Source: Bdellovibrionota bacterium (lineage in GTDB: Bacteria; Bdellovibrionota_C; UBA2361; JBIKUX01). Taken from it: a DNA stretch of 64,000 nt. Each line of letters begins with the position of its first letter. Position 1 is the stretch's first letter. The translations under genes and the position numbers were made by a program. Where the stretch lies: the NCBI GenBank assembly GCA_044347345.1, contig JBIKUX010000009.1:27508-91507 (forward strand), given 5' to 3'. This document shows positions 1-11,117 of this stretch, piece by piece. The notes under the pieces are model-generated. The model was not told the DNA's origin and searched no databases. It was given only the letters and a program-made list of their open reading frames with translations.

Positions 1-474
1 GCGGCTATTCTACGTTCTTTTCCAGTTCCCCTTTATGCTCACCCTAATGAGTTTGAAATGCGCCGTATGATAGCTGAGCGTGCACGTCTTTTTGGATTAA
101 TAGGAGAGGAACTAGAGGACTGTCCTGAGCCATCTAATCCTTTGACTGGTGAGGAGGAGATTTATTGGGGCAATAATAAAGGAAAAGTTTTGTTTGTTCC
201 AGGACACTCGCCAGGGCACCTTGCTTTTTATTTTCCTGATTGTGGTGTTATTTTTTCAGGTGACGTTCTTTTTGCTACCTCAATAGGTCGAACTGACTTG
301 CCTGGAGGAAGTTACCAGACTCTTTTGAATTCTATTGTTGAAAAGCTGTGCAATTTGCCAGATTCTACTTTGGTCTTCTCTGGTCACGGAGAAACAGCGT
401 CTCTCGGTGAAATAAAACGTTTCAATCCATTTCTTAGAGAGTTTAGTAACAGAAGTTTGGTAACAGGGAGTTAA
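1..474 (+). CDS. MBL-fold metallo-hydrolase (glyoxalase II-like), 5'-partial
   Basis: Frame is open from base 1; motifs PGHSPGH, FSGDVLF, GRTDLPGG, GHG. Confidence 0.9.
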   Translation, partial: AAILRSFPVPLYAHPNEFEMRRMIAERARLFGLIGEELEDCPEPSNPLTGEEEIYWGNNKGKVLFVPGHSPGHLAFYFPDCGVIFSGDVLFATSIGRTDLPGGSYQTLLNSIVEKLCNLPDSTLVFSGHGETASLGEIKRFNPFLREFSNRSLVTGS

Positions 475-477
475 ACA

Positions 478-1707
478 ATGCATGACTTGATAGAGCGTCG
501 AAACGTAGTACTAGCTGTTACCGGCTCTATCGCTTGCTATAAAGCGGTGGAATTAGCAAGACTGTTTGTCACAAGGGGGTATGTAGTTAGAGTTATAATG
601 AGTGACGGGGCAAAAGAGTTTGTAACGCCACTTACCTTTCAAAGTATTACAGGTTCAGGTGTTGTCACCTCTTTTTGGGGTTCATCCAGTGAACCCGGTG
701 AGTATCATGGAATTGAACATATATCCTTGGCAGATTGGGCAGAGGTTGTTGTTATAGCACCTGCTACAGCTGATTGCATAGCAAAAATTGTACACGGTCA
801 TGCGGAAAATCCTTTGCAAGCGACTGTCTTAGCGACAAAAGCACCTGTTGTTGTAGCGCCGGCTATGAATGTTAATATGCTAACGCATCCCGCTACTTGT
901 GAAAATATTGCAAAATTAAAAGAGCGTGGAGTTATCATTGTTGAGCCTGAAGAAGGTGAACTTGCTTGTGGTTGGGTTGGTAGTGGTAGGTTAGCTGACC
1001 CACAAGAGATATTTTTCGCTGTTAGAAGAGCTCTTAGTGTTGCAGATTACGCAGGTAAGAAAGTGCTTATTTCGACCGGTCCTACACGAGAAGCAATTGA
1101 CCCTGTGCGGTTTATATCAAATCGGTCATCTGGGAAAATGGGGGTTGCATTAGCTCACGAGGCTTATCGTCGCGGGGCTGACGTTACCGTAGTTCATGGA
1201 CCAATGCGAGCAGTTCTTTCGCAGACAATTCGAGCTGTTCCAATAACTAGTGCTCAGGAGATGGCTGAGGCTATGTTTGAGCGGTGGGAGTCCGCTGACA
1301 TCGTGATAATGGTGGCAGCAGTTGCAGATTTTATGCCTGGCCAAATTTGTACTGAGAAAATAAAACGAGCAGATAAGGATAAGATCGGCGAACTTACAAA
1401 AATTGAGTTAGTAGAAAATATAGATATCTTAGCCACGATTGCTGAAAGACGAGGTAATCGTTTGACTCCAACTTTAGTTGGTTTTGCTGTAGAAACTGGT
1501 GATTTAGACGATATGTTGGATGAGCTAGAACGAAAGCTAAAGCGAAAAGGAGCTGACCTGATTGTTGGTAATTTTGCCGAGGAGGCCTTTGATGTTGATA
1601 CAAATCGCGTCTGGATGGTGAATCGCAATGGTAAGCGTGAGGAAGTAGCGTCTACATTTAAATGGAGAGTCGCAAATCGAATTCTAGATGCAACTCTTAA
1701 GCTGTAG
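478..1707 (+). CDS. coaBC: Bifunctional phosphopantothenoylcysteine decarboxylase/ligase
   Basis: TGSIACYK, HISLADWA, PAMN, ACG, GPTREAIDPVRFISNRSSGKMG, GFAVET. Confidence 0.97.
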   Translation: MHDLIERRNVVLAVTGSIACYKAVELARLFVTRGYVVRVIMSDGAKEFVTPLTFQSITGSGVVTSFWGSSSEPGEYHGIEHISLADWAEVVVIAPATADCIAKIVHGHAENPLQATVLATKAPVVVAPAMNVNMLTHPATCENIAKLKERGVIIVEPEEGELACGWVGSGRLADPQEIFFAVRRALSVADYAGKKVLISTGPTREAIDPVRFISNRSSGKMGVALAHEAYRRGADVTVVHGPMRAVLSQTIRAVPITSAQEMAEAMFERWESADIVIMVAAVADFMPGQICTEKIKRADKDKIGELTKIELVENIDILATIAERRGNRLTPTLVGFAVETGDLDDMLDELERKLKRKGADLIVGNFAEEAFDVDTNRVWMVNRNGKREEVASTFKWRVANRILDATLKL

Positions 1708-1740
1708 TTTTATTTCAGGGGGCATACAAACTAATCATAG

Positions 1741-2208
1741 ATGGATACGTCACTTTCAAGATTACTAAATCGCTTACGACATTCTTATCCAAATGGTATT
1801 CCAAAGAGTCTAATTGGAGAAAACCGTTTATGTACCACTCAGACTTTAGAGCCTGATTATTCCTCAGTTTTGGCTCTTTTTGTAGGAGAAAATTTTTCCA
1901 ATGAAGACCGAGAGCTTGTTACTCGAGCAATAACCAAGGGATTAAAATGGAATGAATATTCCGTGATGATTAGAGATATAAAAGATCTCGCAGAAAATTT
2001 TGAATCCATCAAGCTTAGGCCTGATATCGCAGTTGTTCAGTGTGGAGAAACACCCTCTTGGTGCCAAACAGTTATTCAAAGCTTTGCTCAACCGCAAATG
2101 ATTTTTTCTACCGTTCATCCTAGAGATGCCCGAGAAAATCAATCACAAAAGCGATTATTTTGGAACACAGTTCAGCAGGTAGCGTTGATGGTTAAGCGGA
2201 GCGGTTGA
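1741..2208 (+). CDS. Hypothetical protein, degenerate uracil-DNA glycosylase-like fold
   Basis: LFVGE and TVHP...KRLFW resemble family-4 UDG motifs; located after coaBC. Confidence 0.55.
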   Translation: MDTSLSRLLNRLRHSYPNGIPKSLIGENRLCTTQTLEPDYSSVLALFVGENFSNEDRELVTRAITKGLKWNEYSVMIRDIKDLAENFESIKLRPDIAVVQCGETPSWCQTVIQSFAQPQMIFSTVHPRDARENQSQKRLFWNTVQQVALMVKRSG

Positions 2209-3572
2209 TGTCATTTATGAAATTTATTATCAGGACTATTTTTTTTCTCACACTTCCTATTCTTTTTTGTACTTGGTTTGCTCACGCTGATGACTTTACC
2301 CAAGATAACAAGTCAGGTGTACTAATAGTACCTATGCAGATGATGATTCTTCCAGGTACATCTAGTTATCTTGAGGAAGCATTGTCTTACGCAGAGAAAG
2401 AAAAATGTTCTCTCGTGATAATTTCGCTTGACACTCCTGGTGGTCTCCTCACAGCTACTCAGGAAATGGTTCAGAGAATGTTTAATTCCCAAGTTCCGGT
2501 GGTTGTCTATATCTCTCCCTCGGGAGGAACGGCTACTTCGGCGGGGGTTTTTATTACTTTAGCCGCTCACGTTGCGGCTGTAGCCCCGGGAACAAGCATT
2601 GGAGCTGCTCATCCAGTTTCTGCGTCTGGAGATGATATTTCTAGTGACATGAGAGAAAAAGTCTCTCAGATGGCGGCAGCACTCGTTAAGTCTATATCCG
2701 AAAGAAGAGGGCGTAATACTAAATGGTCTGAAGAAGCTGTATTGAAGAGTAGTTCCATTACCGCCGAAGAAGCCGTAAACAGTAAAGTGGTAGATTTTAT
2801 GGCATCTTCTATAGATGAGCTTCTTACAAAATTAAAGGGAAGAACTGTAAGAGTTATTTCTGCTGATGGCACTGAAAAAGAAGTAGTTCTTGGTGACATG
2901 AGCGACAGTCGTCGCGAGATATTTCCAATATCCTTTAAACATCGCGTTACTAATGTTTTAGCTAATCCTACCTTTTTAGGTGTTTTATGGTTATTCGCCA
3001 CCACTGGTATAGCTGCTGAGCTTTATCATCCAGGTTTAATAATTCCAGGGGTCACGGGTATTATATGTCTTATTTTGGCTTTAGCGATGTCTCAAGTAAT
3101 TCCGCTTAATGTAGTTGGGATCGTTCTAATAGTTGTAGGCGGTATTTTATTTGTTGTAGAGCTTTCTATTCCATCGGGGATATTTGGATTAGGTGGTTTA
3201 GTATCAGTGCTACTAGGGTTAATATGGTTAGTTGATATTACCCAAATGCCAGGAGTTCAGGTTTCAATTGCTCCACTGATTCCCCCAATAATTGGTTTAG
3301 CTTTACTGCTAATTCTATTAGGACGAGCAATCAAAGCAACTTTAAAAGCCCCGTTAAAAACTGGTGCTGAGTTTCTACCCGGCCGCCTAGGTCGCGTAAT
3401 TGTTCCGATCTCCAGTGAAGTGGAACACAAAGCACCCGTCGGTATGATTGAGGTTGCTGGAGAGCTATGGAAGGCTCGAACTGAAGATGGGTCACCACTT
3501 CAAAAAGATTCGGAAGTTTTAGTGCTTCGACAGGAAGACGGTCTTATTCTGGTAGTTAGTTCAGTTAAATAA
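2205..3572 (+). CDS. nfeD: NfeD family membrane-bound serine protease (ClpP class)
   Basis: LDTPGG, SAGVFI, PGTSIGAAHPV, multiple TM segments, C-terminal GELWKA OB-like domain; followed by SPFH gene. Confidence 0.93.
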   Translation: MMSFMKFIIRTIFFLTLPILFCTWFAHADDFTQDNKSGVLIVPMQMMILPGTSSYLEEALSYAEKEKCSLVIISLDTPGGLLTATQEMVQRMFNSQVPVVVYISPSGGTATSAGVFITLAAHVAAVAPGTSIGAAHPVSASGDDISSDMREKVSQMAAALVKSISERRGRNTKWSEEAVLKSSSITAEEAVNSKVVDFMASSIDELLTKLKGRTVRVISADGTEKEVVLGDMSDSRREIFPISFKHRVTNVLANPTFLGVLWLFATTGIAAELYHPGLIIPGVTGIICLILALAMSQVIPLNVVGIVLIVVGGILFVVELSIPSGIFGLGGLVSVLLGLIWLVDITQMPGVQVSIAPLIPPIIGLALLLILLGRAIKATLKAPLKTGAEFLPGRLGRVIVPISSEVEHKAPVGMIEVAGELWKARTEDGSPLQKDSEVLVLRQEDGLILVVSSVK

Positions 3573-3603
3573 CATACATTTGTCATGAGTAGGAGTTAAA
3601 TAT

Positions 3604-4353
3604 ATGGCGCAAGGAGTGGTAATTTTACTCATCGGGGTAGTAGCTCTACTGGTAAAATCATTTGTAAAAATTAGGGAATATGAAAGAGGGGTAGTTTTCC
3701 GTCTTGGTCGTTTAGCGCCAGTAAGGGCACCAGGTTTACGCCTGATAATTCCATTAGTTGATGAGTTGATGAGAGTTAGTATGCGTACCATTACTATGGA
3801 TGTGCCACCTCAGGATGTTATTACTCGTGATAATATCTCAGTAAAAGTTAATGCTGTTCTCTATTTTCGTGTAGTTGATCCAATTGCAGCAATCACTCAG
3901 GTTGAGGATTATTTATATGCAACTGGTCAATTTGCTCAAACTACTATCAGGAGTGTCTGCGGAGAAGTTGAACTTGATGACTTACTTTCGCAACGAGAAG
4001 AGATTAACCTCCGCATTCAAACAATAGTCGATAAACAGACTGACCCATGGGGTATTAAGGTTAATGCTGTTGAGCTCAAGCACATTGATTTACCTCAGGA
4101 GATGCAACGTGCAATGGCAAAACAGGCTGAAGCAGAGCGGGAGAGACGCGCCCGTATCATTAAGGCCGAGGGTGAATACCAATCAGCTCAAAAGCTGACA
4201 GATGCGGCTGATATAATGTCGACTAACCCTCAAACATTACAGCTTCGTTATTTGGATACTCTAAGAGATATATCTGTCGAGCATAATTCGACTATACTAT
4301 TTCCAATTCCTCTCGAACTTTTTGAAGTCTTTAAGAAAATTAGTGATAAGTAA
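3604..4353 (+). CDS. SPFH/band 7 (slipin, stomatin-like) protein
   Basis: [43 protein letters not shown]. Confidence 0.95.
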   Translation: MAQGVVILLIGVVALLVKSFVKIREYERGVVFRLGRLAPVRAPGLRLIIPLVDELMRVSMRTITMDVPPQDVITRDNISVKVNAVLYFRVVDPIAAITQVEDYLYATGQFAQTTIRSVCGEVELDDLLSQREEINLRIQTIVDKQTDPWGIKVNAVELKHIDLPQEMQRAMAKQAEAERERRARIIKAEGEYQSAQKLTDAADIMSTNPQTLQLRYLDTLRDISVEHNSTILFPIPLELFEVFKKISDK

Positions 4354-5445
4354 GTGACATCATCAGAGGCGACTACTCCTTATAGTTATATTTTACCCCG
4401 TCATCGAATTGCTCAGCGCCCAGTTTATCCGCCGGATTTGGCTAAACTATTGGTGATAAAAGTAGACCCTAAACGAAACAAATCTGAGTATACTTTGAGT
4501 GATGCCGTATTTTCTGATTTTCCAACTCTCATCAGAGGTGATGAAATTTTTGTGTTCAACAACTCAAAAGTTATACCTGCTAGATTGTACGGAAAAGTTA
4601 ACGATAGTCCGGTAGAAATTTTACTTCTTAAACGAGATGAGACAACGGAGGTAATATCTTCCACCGTAGCAGGTTCAGAGAGATGGTTGGTAATAGCTCG
4701 TCCAGCAAAGTTACTGCAGCTTGGCTCAGTTTGGACTTCAGAATCAGCCTCATCTTTGCTTAAGGCTACTGTACTAGAAATACGCGCTAATGGTGAGAGA
4801 GTAGTAGAGTTTAGTGTGGAGGGAGACGAAGAGGTCAGTTTGTTGCGACAAAAATTAGGAACTATGCCCATTCCTCCCTATATCCGTAATGGTCGAGCCG
4901 ATGATGCAGACCTAACAGATTATCAGAGTTGTTTTGCGAAAATTGAAGGGTCGGTAGCTGCACCTACAGCTTCCTTACATTTTACCGAAAATTTGGTTGC
5001 TAGAATTACGGAGCGTGGTGCTCGGTGTTTATCGATAACTTTGCACGTTGGATTGGGCAGTGTCAGAGACTTGGATAAGGGTGGGGGCAGCTCTGAGGAA
5101 TGTTATGTCTCAGATACCATTTGGGAAGAATTACAAGCTCACCGCCTGCATGGAGGACGTGTAGTAGCAGTAGGTACAACGGTAGTGCGAGCTCTTGAAT
5201 CTAAAGCCTGCGGAGCAATAACAGAGAAAGATTCGACTAACTTGCTCATCTATCCTGGTCATAATTTTAAAATAGTAGATGAAGTAGTTACTAATTTTCA
5301 TCAACCCGGCACTAGTCATTTACTTCTGGTTGAGGCATTTTTGGGAAGGGAATTACTTGCGGCTTCTTATGACCATGCTTTGTCATCAGATTACCGTTTT
5401 TTGAGTTATGGGGACGGAATGTATATCACTAGGCTGGATTATTAG
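4354..5445 (+). CDS. queA: S-adenosylmethionine:tRNA ribosyltransferase-isomerase
   Basis: IAQRP, NNSKVIPARL, PIPPYI, GSVAAPTASLHF, VGTTVVRALE, TNFHQP, YRFLSYGD. Confidence 0.95.
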   Translation: MTSSEATTPYSYILPRHRIAQRPVYPPDLAKLLVIKVDPKRNKSEYTLSDAVFSDFPTLIRGDEIFVFNNSKVIPARLYGKVNDSPVEILLLKRDETTEVISSTVAGSERWLVIARPAKLLQLGSVWTSESASSLLKATVLEIRANGERVVEFSVEGDEEVSLLRQKLGTMPIPPYIRNGRADDADLTDYQSCFAKIEGSVAAPTASLHFTENLVARITERGARCLSITLHVGLGSVRDLDKGGGSSEECYVSDTIWEELQAHRLHGGRVVAVGTTVVRALESKACGAITEKDSTNLLIYPGHNFKIVDEVVTNFHQPGTSHLLLVEAFLGRELLAASYDHALSSDYRFLSYGDGMYITRLDY

Positions 5446-5454
5446 GCTGGATAA

Positions 5455-6603
<1,149 letters not shown>

Positions 6604-6606
6604 AAA

Positions 6607-7125
6607 ATGTACGAATATAAGCCTATTTTGCGTCATAAAAAAAAGTTTTTTTTAGGAGACTTCCCGTCTTATGTCTATTTTTTTCTATCAGTCTTTGGAC
6701 TAGCTAGTTTTACTAATGAGAGTATTGCAGACCAATCTGTAGTTAAAGTTAGTATTGTGGATCCTCCGAAGGAAGTTGCCAATGGTACAGGTATTGGAGT
6801 GCAGTTTGTCATTCAAGATGGGTGGCATATCTACGGTAAGGAAGCAGGAGAGCTAGGCCTACCTACTAAGATACTAGTTGAAGGCGGTTCAGTAGGAGAT
6901 TATAGTTGGCCACCAACAGAGGTTTTTAAAAACCCTGGAGTTCCAGATTCCTTTGGCTATCACGGTACTGTTGTAGTAGGAGTGGGGATAGAAGGTGGTG
7001 ACGAGGTTATAGGGAAAGAAGTTTCTGTTAAAGCAAAATGGTTAGCTTGTAGTAAAGATGCATGTATTCCAAGTAGCACTTCCATAAAAGGCGTAGTAAA
7101 GAAAGTAGAAAATCAATCGCATTAA
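6607..7125 (+). CDS. Exported protein with DsbD N-terminal-like (disulfide bond corrector) domain
   Basis: GWHIY...GLPT, WP, GY.G, ACSKDACIP motif; hydrophobic N-terminus. Confidence 0.7.
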   Translation: MYEYKPILRHKKKFFLGDFPSYVYFFLSVFGLASFTNESIADQSVVKVSIVDPPKEVANGTGIGVQFVIQDGWHIYGKEAGELGLPTKILVEGGSVGDYSWPPTEVFKNPGVPDSFGYHGTVVVGVGIEGGDEVIGKEVSVKAKWLACSKDACIPSSTSIKGVVKKVENQSH

Positions 7126-7205
7126 GTCACATAACTAAGTAGTTTAAGCAACAATTTATCTACATTCACGATTATCTCTCTTGCGTTTTAAAGTCGGAGA
7201 TAATC

Positions 7206-7604
7206 GTGTCAAACAACAATTACCTAATTACAATCAGGTCTAGTAGTGGCTTTACTCTTCTTGAATTGTTAATTGCCTTATCTATCGTTTCAATTCTTGT
7301 CATGACTGCTATTCCGCAGTATCGCAACTTTCGTGCTAAAGCTTACGACTTCAGAGCTCAAAGTGATCTCCGCACTGTTGCCTTAGGTGAAGAAGCATAT
7401 TACTTAGACCGCGAAGAATACCTTGCTTGCTTAAATTCAAGTTGCAATACTTTGCCCGGAGTCGCTCGTATTTCTAAAGGAGTAGAGATAAAGGTAGTTT
7501 TGCGTAACAACGCCTTTTTAGCTGTTGCAAGTCATAAAAATGGTTCAGGTCAGGTTTATTCCTGGGATAGTTCATTCGGAGGTATAGCGGAAAATCCTAG
7601 TTAA
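7206..7604 (+). CDS. Type IV pilin-like protein with prepilin N-terminal cleavage/methylation site
   Basis: G|FTLLELLIALSIVSILV..AIPQY. Confidence 0.88.
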   Translation: MSNNNYLITIRSSSGFTLLELLIALSIVSILVMTAIPQYRNFRAKAYDFRAQSDLRTVALGEEAYYLDREEYLACLNSSCNTLPGVARISKGVEIKVVLRNNAFLAVASHKNGSGQVYSWDSSFGGIAENPS

Positions 7605-7635
7605 AATGATATTTTTTAAGTTAAGTTTGCTTTGT

Positions 7636-8478
7636 TTAACCCTGACATGCTTGAGCAAAACTGTAAACTTCTTCTGGAATCAGGCTTGCTCCTCCCACTA
7701 AAGCACCAGAAACTCCAAAGGTACTTAGAATGTCTCGAACATTACTACCTTTAACACTACCTCCGTATAAAATAGGAGTGGTATCCACTCCTATTTTTTC
7801 TTTTAAAAATGCTCTGATGAAAGTATGTGCATCACTTATTTCTTCTAGAGAAGCTACCTTACCAGTACCAATTGCCCATATCGGTTCATAAGCTATTACC
7901 AGTCCGCCCAAGTGAGACTGAATAGACCACTGCTTATCAGGCTCTATACCATCATCATTGAAACTAGTATCGAACAAAGCAGTGCGAAGTTGTTCTCTGA
8001 GTACATGATTAGTCGTACCCTGCACACGATCATCAATACCTTCCCCGACACACAAAATGCATGTTAGCCCCTGTAATAGAGCGGCTCGAACTCTTCTAGC
8101 TACGGTTTCATTTGTCTCGCCAAAATACTGGCGACGCTCCGAGTGCCCAACAATTACAAATGAACAACCAGCTTCCCGGATCATCGGAATAGATACCTCT
8201 CCAGTAAAAGCTCCCTCTGTCTTCCAGTGAGCATTTTGAGCTCCAAGTGCTACAGAGGACTTCTTGACAACTTCGTAGACACACGAAAGTGAAGTAAAGG
8301 ATGGAGCCAACCATAGTGCCCCTGTTGTTAATTCCTTGGAGGCATCAACATAAACTTGAGCAAGCTCTTTAGCGCTACTGCGTGTGAGGTTCATTTTCCA
8401 ATTGCCAACAATCAATGGAGTGGATAGTGGAAGATAGGTTTGGTTAAAAGAAGATGGGGCAGAACAAGTTGAGGACAT
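7636..8478 (-). CDS. tpiA: Triosephosphate isomerase
   Basis: GNWKMN, GAFTGE, GHSERR, AYEPIWAIGTG, LYGGSV, LVGGASL. Confidence 0.98.
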   Translation of the reverse strand: MSSTCSAPSSFNQTYLPLSTPLIVGNWKMNLTRSSAKELAQVYVDASKELTTGALWLAPSFTSLSCVYEVVKKSSVALGAQNAHWKTEGAFTGEVSIPMIREAGCSFVIVGHSERRQYFGETNETVARRVRAALLQGLTCILCVGEGIDDRVQGTTNHVLREQLRTALFDTSFNDDGIEPDKQWSIQSHLGGLVIAYEPIWAIGTGKVASLEEISDAHTFIRAFLKEKIGVDTTPILYGGSVKGSNVRDILSTFGVSGALVGGASLIPEEVYSFAQACQG

Positions 8479-8519
8479 GATTTACTAAATATTGATTATT
8501 TTTTAAGTAAGTTCATACG

Positions 8520-8571
8520 TGTGGTGAAGAAAATTTAAACCTCTAGAAAAAGTTTAAATTTTATCACCACA
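8520..8571. other. Imperfect inverted repeat (stem-loop) between gap and tpiA
   Basis: TGTGGTGAAGAAAATTTAAAC...GTTTAAATTTTATCACCACA. Confidence 0.7.
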
Positions 8572-8595
8572 AGAACAACTCAGGCTCTCTCAGGA

Positions 8596-9606
8596 TTAAC
8601 TCATTAGAACTTTGGCCACATCTATCATGCGATGAGAAAAGCCCATTTCGTTATCATACCAAGCTACCACTTTTACTAGTCGTTGTCCTACTACCATAGT
8701 CGAAAGGGAGTCCACAGTGGATGATTGAGTAACACCAACGTAATCGATAGAGACTAGAGGCTCATCTGAATATCCTAGGATACCTTTGAGAGCCCCTTCG
8801 CTGGCGGCTTTAAGTGCTCTGTTGACATCTTCTATTGTTAGGTCTCTTTCAACTTCACAAACATAATCCACCAAAGATACGTTTGAAGTTGGCACTCTAA
8901 CTGCAAAACCGTCTACTTTGCCTTTTAATGAGGGAATTACTAACCCCAAAGCCTTCGCCGCACCGGTTGTTGTGGGAATCATTGATATGGCTGCAGCTCG
9001 AGCTCGACGCAAATCTTTGTGGGGTAGGTCAAGAATTTGTTGGTCATTTGTGTATGAATGAATGGTTGTCATCAGACCACGCACGGTTCCAAAATTCTCT
9101 AACAAAACTTTGGCAACTGGAGCCAAGCAATTAGTCGTACACGAGGCACAGCTTACGATATTATGCTCGGAACGGTTGTATGAGGAGTGATTGACTCCAT
9201 ATGCAAGGGTGATGTCTGGGTCGGGGGAGGGTGCCGATATTAAAACCTTTTTCGCTCCTGCCGAAAGATGCTGACTAGCTTTATCGCGCCCTGTGAATAC
9301 TCCTGTACATTCAAGAACTACATCTATATTTTGGGCACTCCACGGTAGTTTGGAAGGGTCTCTTTCGGAAGTAATGGCTATGTCTTGTTGACCAACTTTT
9401 AAGCGGTTGTCGTTAACTGTGATATCGAGTGGAAGTCTCCCATGCACTGAATCATACTTAAGTAAGTGAGCGAGAGTGCTGGCGTTGGTTAAGTCGTTAA
9501 TCCCAACAACTGATATGCCGTTGTTACCGTTATTCTCGGTTAAAATTAACCGAAGAATATTTCTACCAATACGTCCAAATCCGTTGATTGCTACTCGTAA
9601 TGTCAT
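8596..9606 (-). CDS. gap: Type I glyceraldehyde-3-phosphate dehydrogenase
   Basis: INGFGRIGR, ASCTTNCLAP, WYDNE. Confidence 0.98.
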   Translation of the reverse strand: MTLRVAINGFGRIGRNILRLILTENNGNNGISVVGINDLTNASTLAHLLKYDSVHGRLPLDITVNDNRLKVGQQDIAITSERDPSKLPWSAQNIDVVLECTGVFTGRDKASQHLSAGAKKVLISAPSPDPDITLAYGVNHSSYNRSEHNIVSCASCTTNCLAPVAKVLLENFGTVRGLMTTIHSYTNDQQILDLPHKDLRRARAAAISMIPTTTGAAKALGLVIPSLKGKVDGFAVRVPTSNVSLVDYVCEVERDLTIEDVNRALKAASEGALKGILGYSDEPLVSIDYVGVTQSSTVDSLSTMVVGQRLVKVVAWYDNEMGFSHRMIDVAKVLMS

Positions 9607-9921
9607 TATTTTGCTCCCGATGCTAATCCTGTACAGATAAAGCTCTTTTTTTTTCCTAACAGTATCATACCCGTGAGTAGTGAAACATCCTTAATAGACA
9701 AAAAAGAGAAGTGTAAAATTTATTTAATCAATAAAATTTTAATCTAAATATCTTGTAAACCCCTTTATAACTCAGACCTTATCTTACTTTTTGTAGCTTA
9801 AACAGACCTCTCTTGGTAAGCTACCTCTTGTGTGTTCAAATAAACCAGCTAATCTCCTTGCTGATTAAGAGCAAAGCACGCACTTTTACAATTTACCAGT
9901 GGTGATACAAAACAGATTAAT

Positions 9922-10623
9922 ATGGAAAATATAAGTCTCATAGATCTTCTCTTTGGTGGCAGTCTTGTTGTCCAAGCTGTGTTAATTCTACTTATTGTAC
10001 TTTCAGTGTGGAGTTGGGCGATTGTGTTCAGTAAGATTATGCAGCTTCGCAAGGCCAGAGATGAAAGCAACGAATTTCGAGCTCTGTTCTGGGAGTCTCG
10101 CAATCTGGCGCGTCTTGATGATTCTGCCAGAAGGCTCTCGTCAAGCCCCCTGGCACAGCTCTTTGCTTCAGGCTATAGAGAGCTTATGAGAGTAATCGGA
10201 GAGAGGCGCGGTTTAACTCCAAGTCAAGTAGATTTAGCAACTGTTGAAACTGTGCTTCGGCGCACCGAAGTTGACGAATCGCATCGTCTCGAGAAGGGAA
10301 TAGTTTTTCTAGCTACAGTGTCGAGTGCTGCGCCATTCATAGGTCTTTTTGGTACAGTTTGGGGAATCATGAATGCGTTTATCGGTTTAAGTGGCGCTAA
10401 ATCAACCACAATTCAGGCGGTAGCGCCTGGTATTTCTGAAGCATTAATTGCGACAGCGGTTGGTCTTGCGGCTGCTATTCCAGCCGCCGTTGCTTATAAC
10501 TACTTTTCGACACTAGTTCGTCAATTTAGACAATCTATGACAACTTTTTCAGATGAATTTATCAGTGTAGCTCGCCAATCTTTTTCAAGTAGTGCTTCGA
10601 CAGCAGTAGGAGGCGAGCGATAA
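9922..10623 (+). CDS. tolQ: Tol-Pal system protein TolQ
   Basis: APFIGLFGTVWGIM, VAPGISEALIATAVGL; first gene of tol-pal cluster. Confidence 0.95.
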   Translation: MENISLIDLLFGGSLVVQAVLILLIVLSVWSWAIVFSKIMQLRKARDESNEFRALFWESRNLARLDDSARRLSSSPLAQLFASGYRELMRVIGERRGLTPSQVDLATVETVLRRTEVDESHRLEKGIVFLATVSSAAPFIGLFGTVWGIMNAFIGLSGAKSTTIQAVAPGISEALIATAVGLAAAIPAAVAYNYFSTLVRQFRQSMTTFSDEFISVARQSFSSSASTAVGGER

Positions 10624-11063
10624 TGGGAGCATCAAGTATAGGAGGAGGAGAAGGAGAGCTTAACGCCTCTATAAACGTTACGCCTTTAGTGGACGTTATG
10701 TTAGTTTTGCTCGTCATATTTATGGTTACTGCCCCGATGATGCAACAAGGGGTTGATGTTGATTTACCAAAAACGGGCACCTCTACGATGCAAACAAAGG
10801 AGGACCCCTTAGTTATTTCCGTTAACAAGGAGGGGGAAATTTTTGTTGGTGACGGTAACGGAGTTCTCCTTGAAGAGATTGGTAGCAAGGTTAAAGCTAT
10901 TCTCGACACGCAAGGTGATCCTCAGCGTAAAGTTTTTGTTAAAGCCGATGAGGGTATCAACTATGGTCGAGTGATGGAGGTCATGGGAAGCCTTCATGAA
11001 AGCGGTGTCACTCAAGTGGGGTTAGTTACTGAGGCTGCTTCAGCCGTTAAAGGTAAAAAGTAG
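10623..11063 (+). CDS. tolR: Tol-Pal system protein TolR
   Basis: INVTPLVDVMLVLLVIFMVTAPM. Confidence 0.94.
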   Translation: MGASSIGGGEGELNASINVTPLVDVMLVLLVIFMVTAPMMQQGVDVDLPKTGTSTMQTKEDPLVISVNKEGEIFVGDGNGVLLEEIGSKVKAILDTQGDPQRKVFVKADEGINYGRVMEVMGSLHESGVTQVGLVTEAASAVKGKK

Positions 11064-11117
11064 AGATCCTAAAAGACGAAAATATCAAGCAGAAGAGAAA
11101 ACAAGAGATAACAAACT

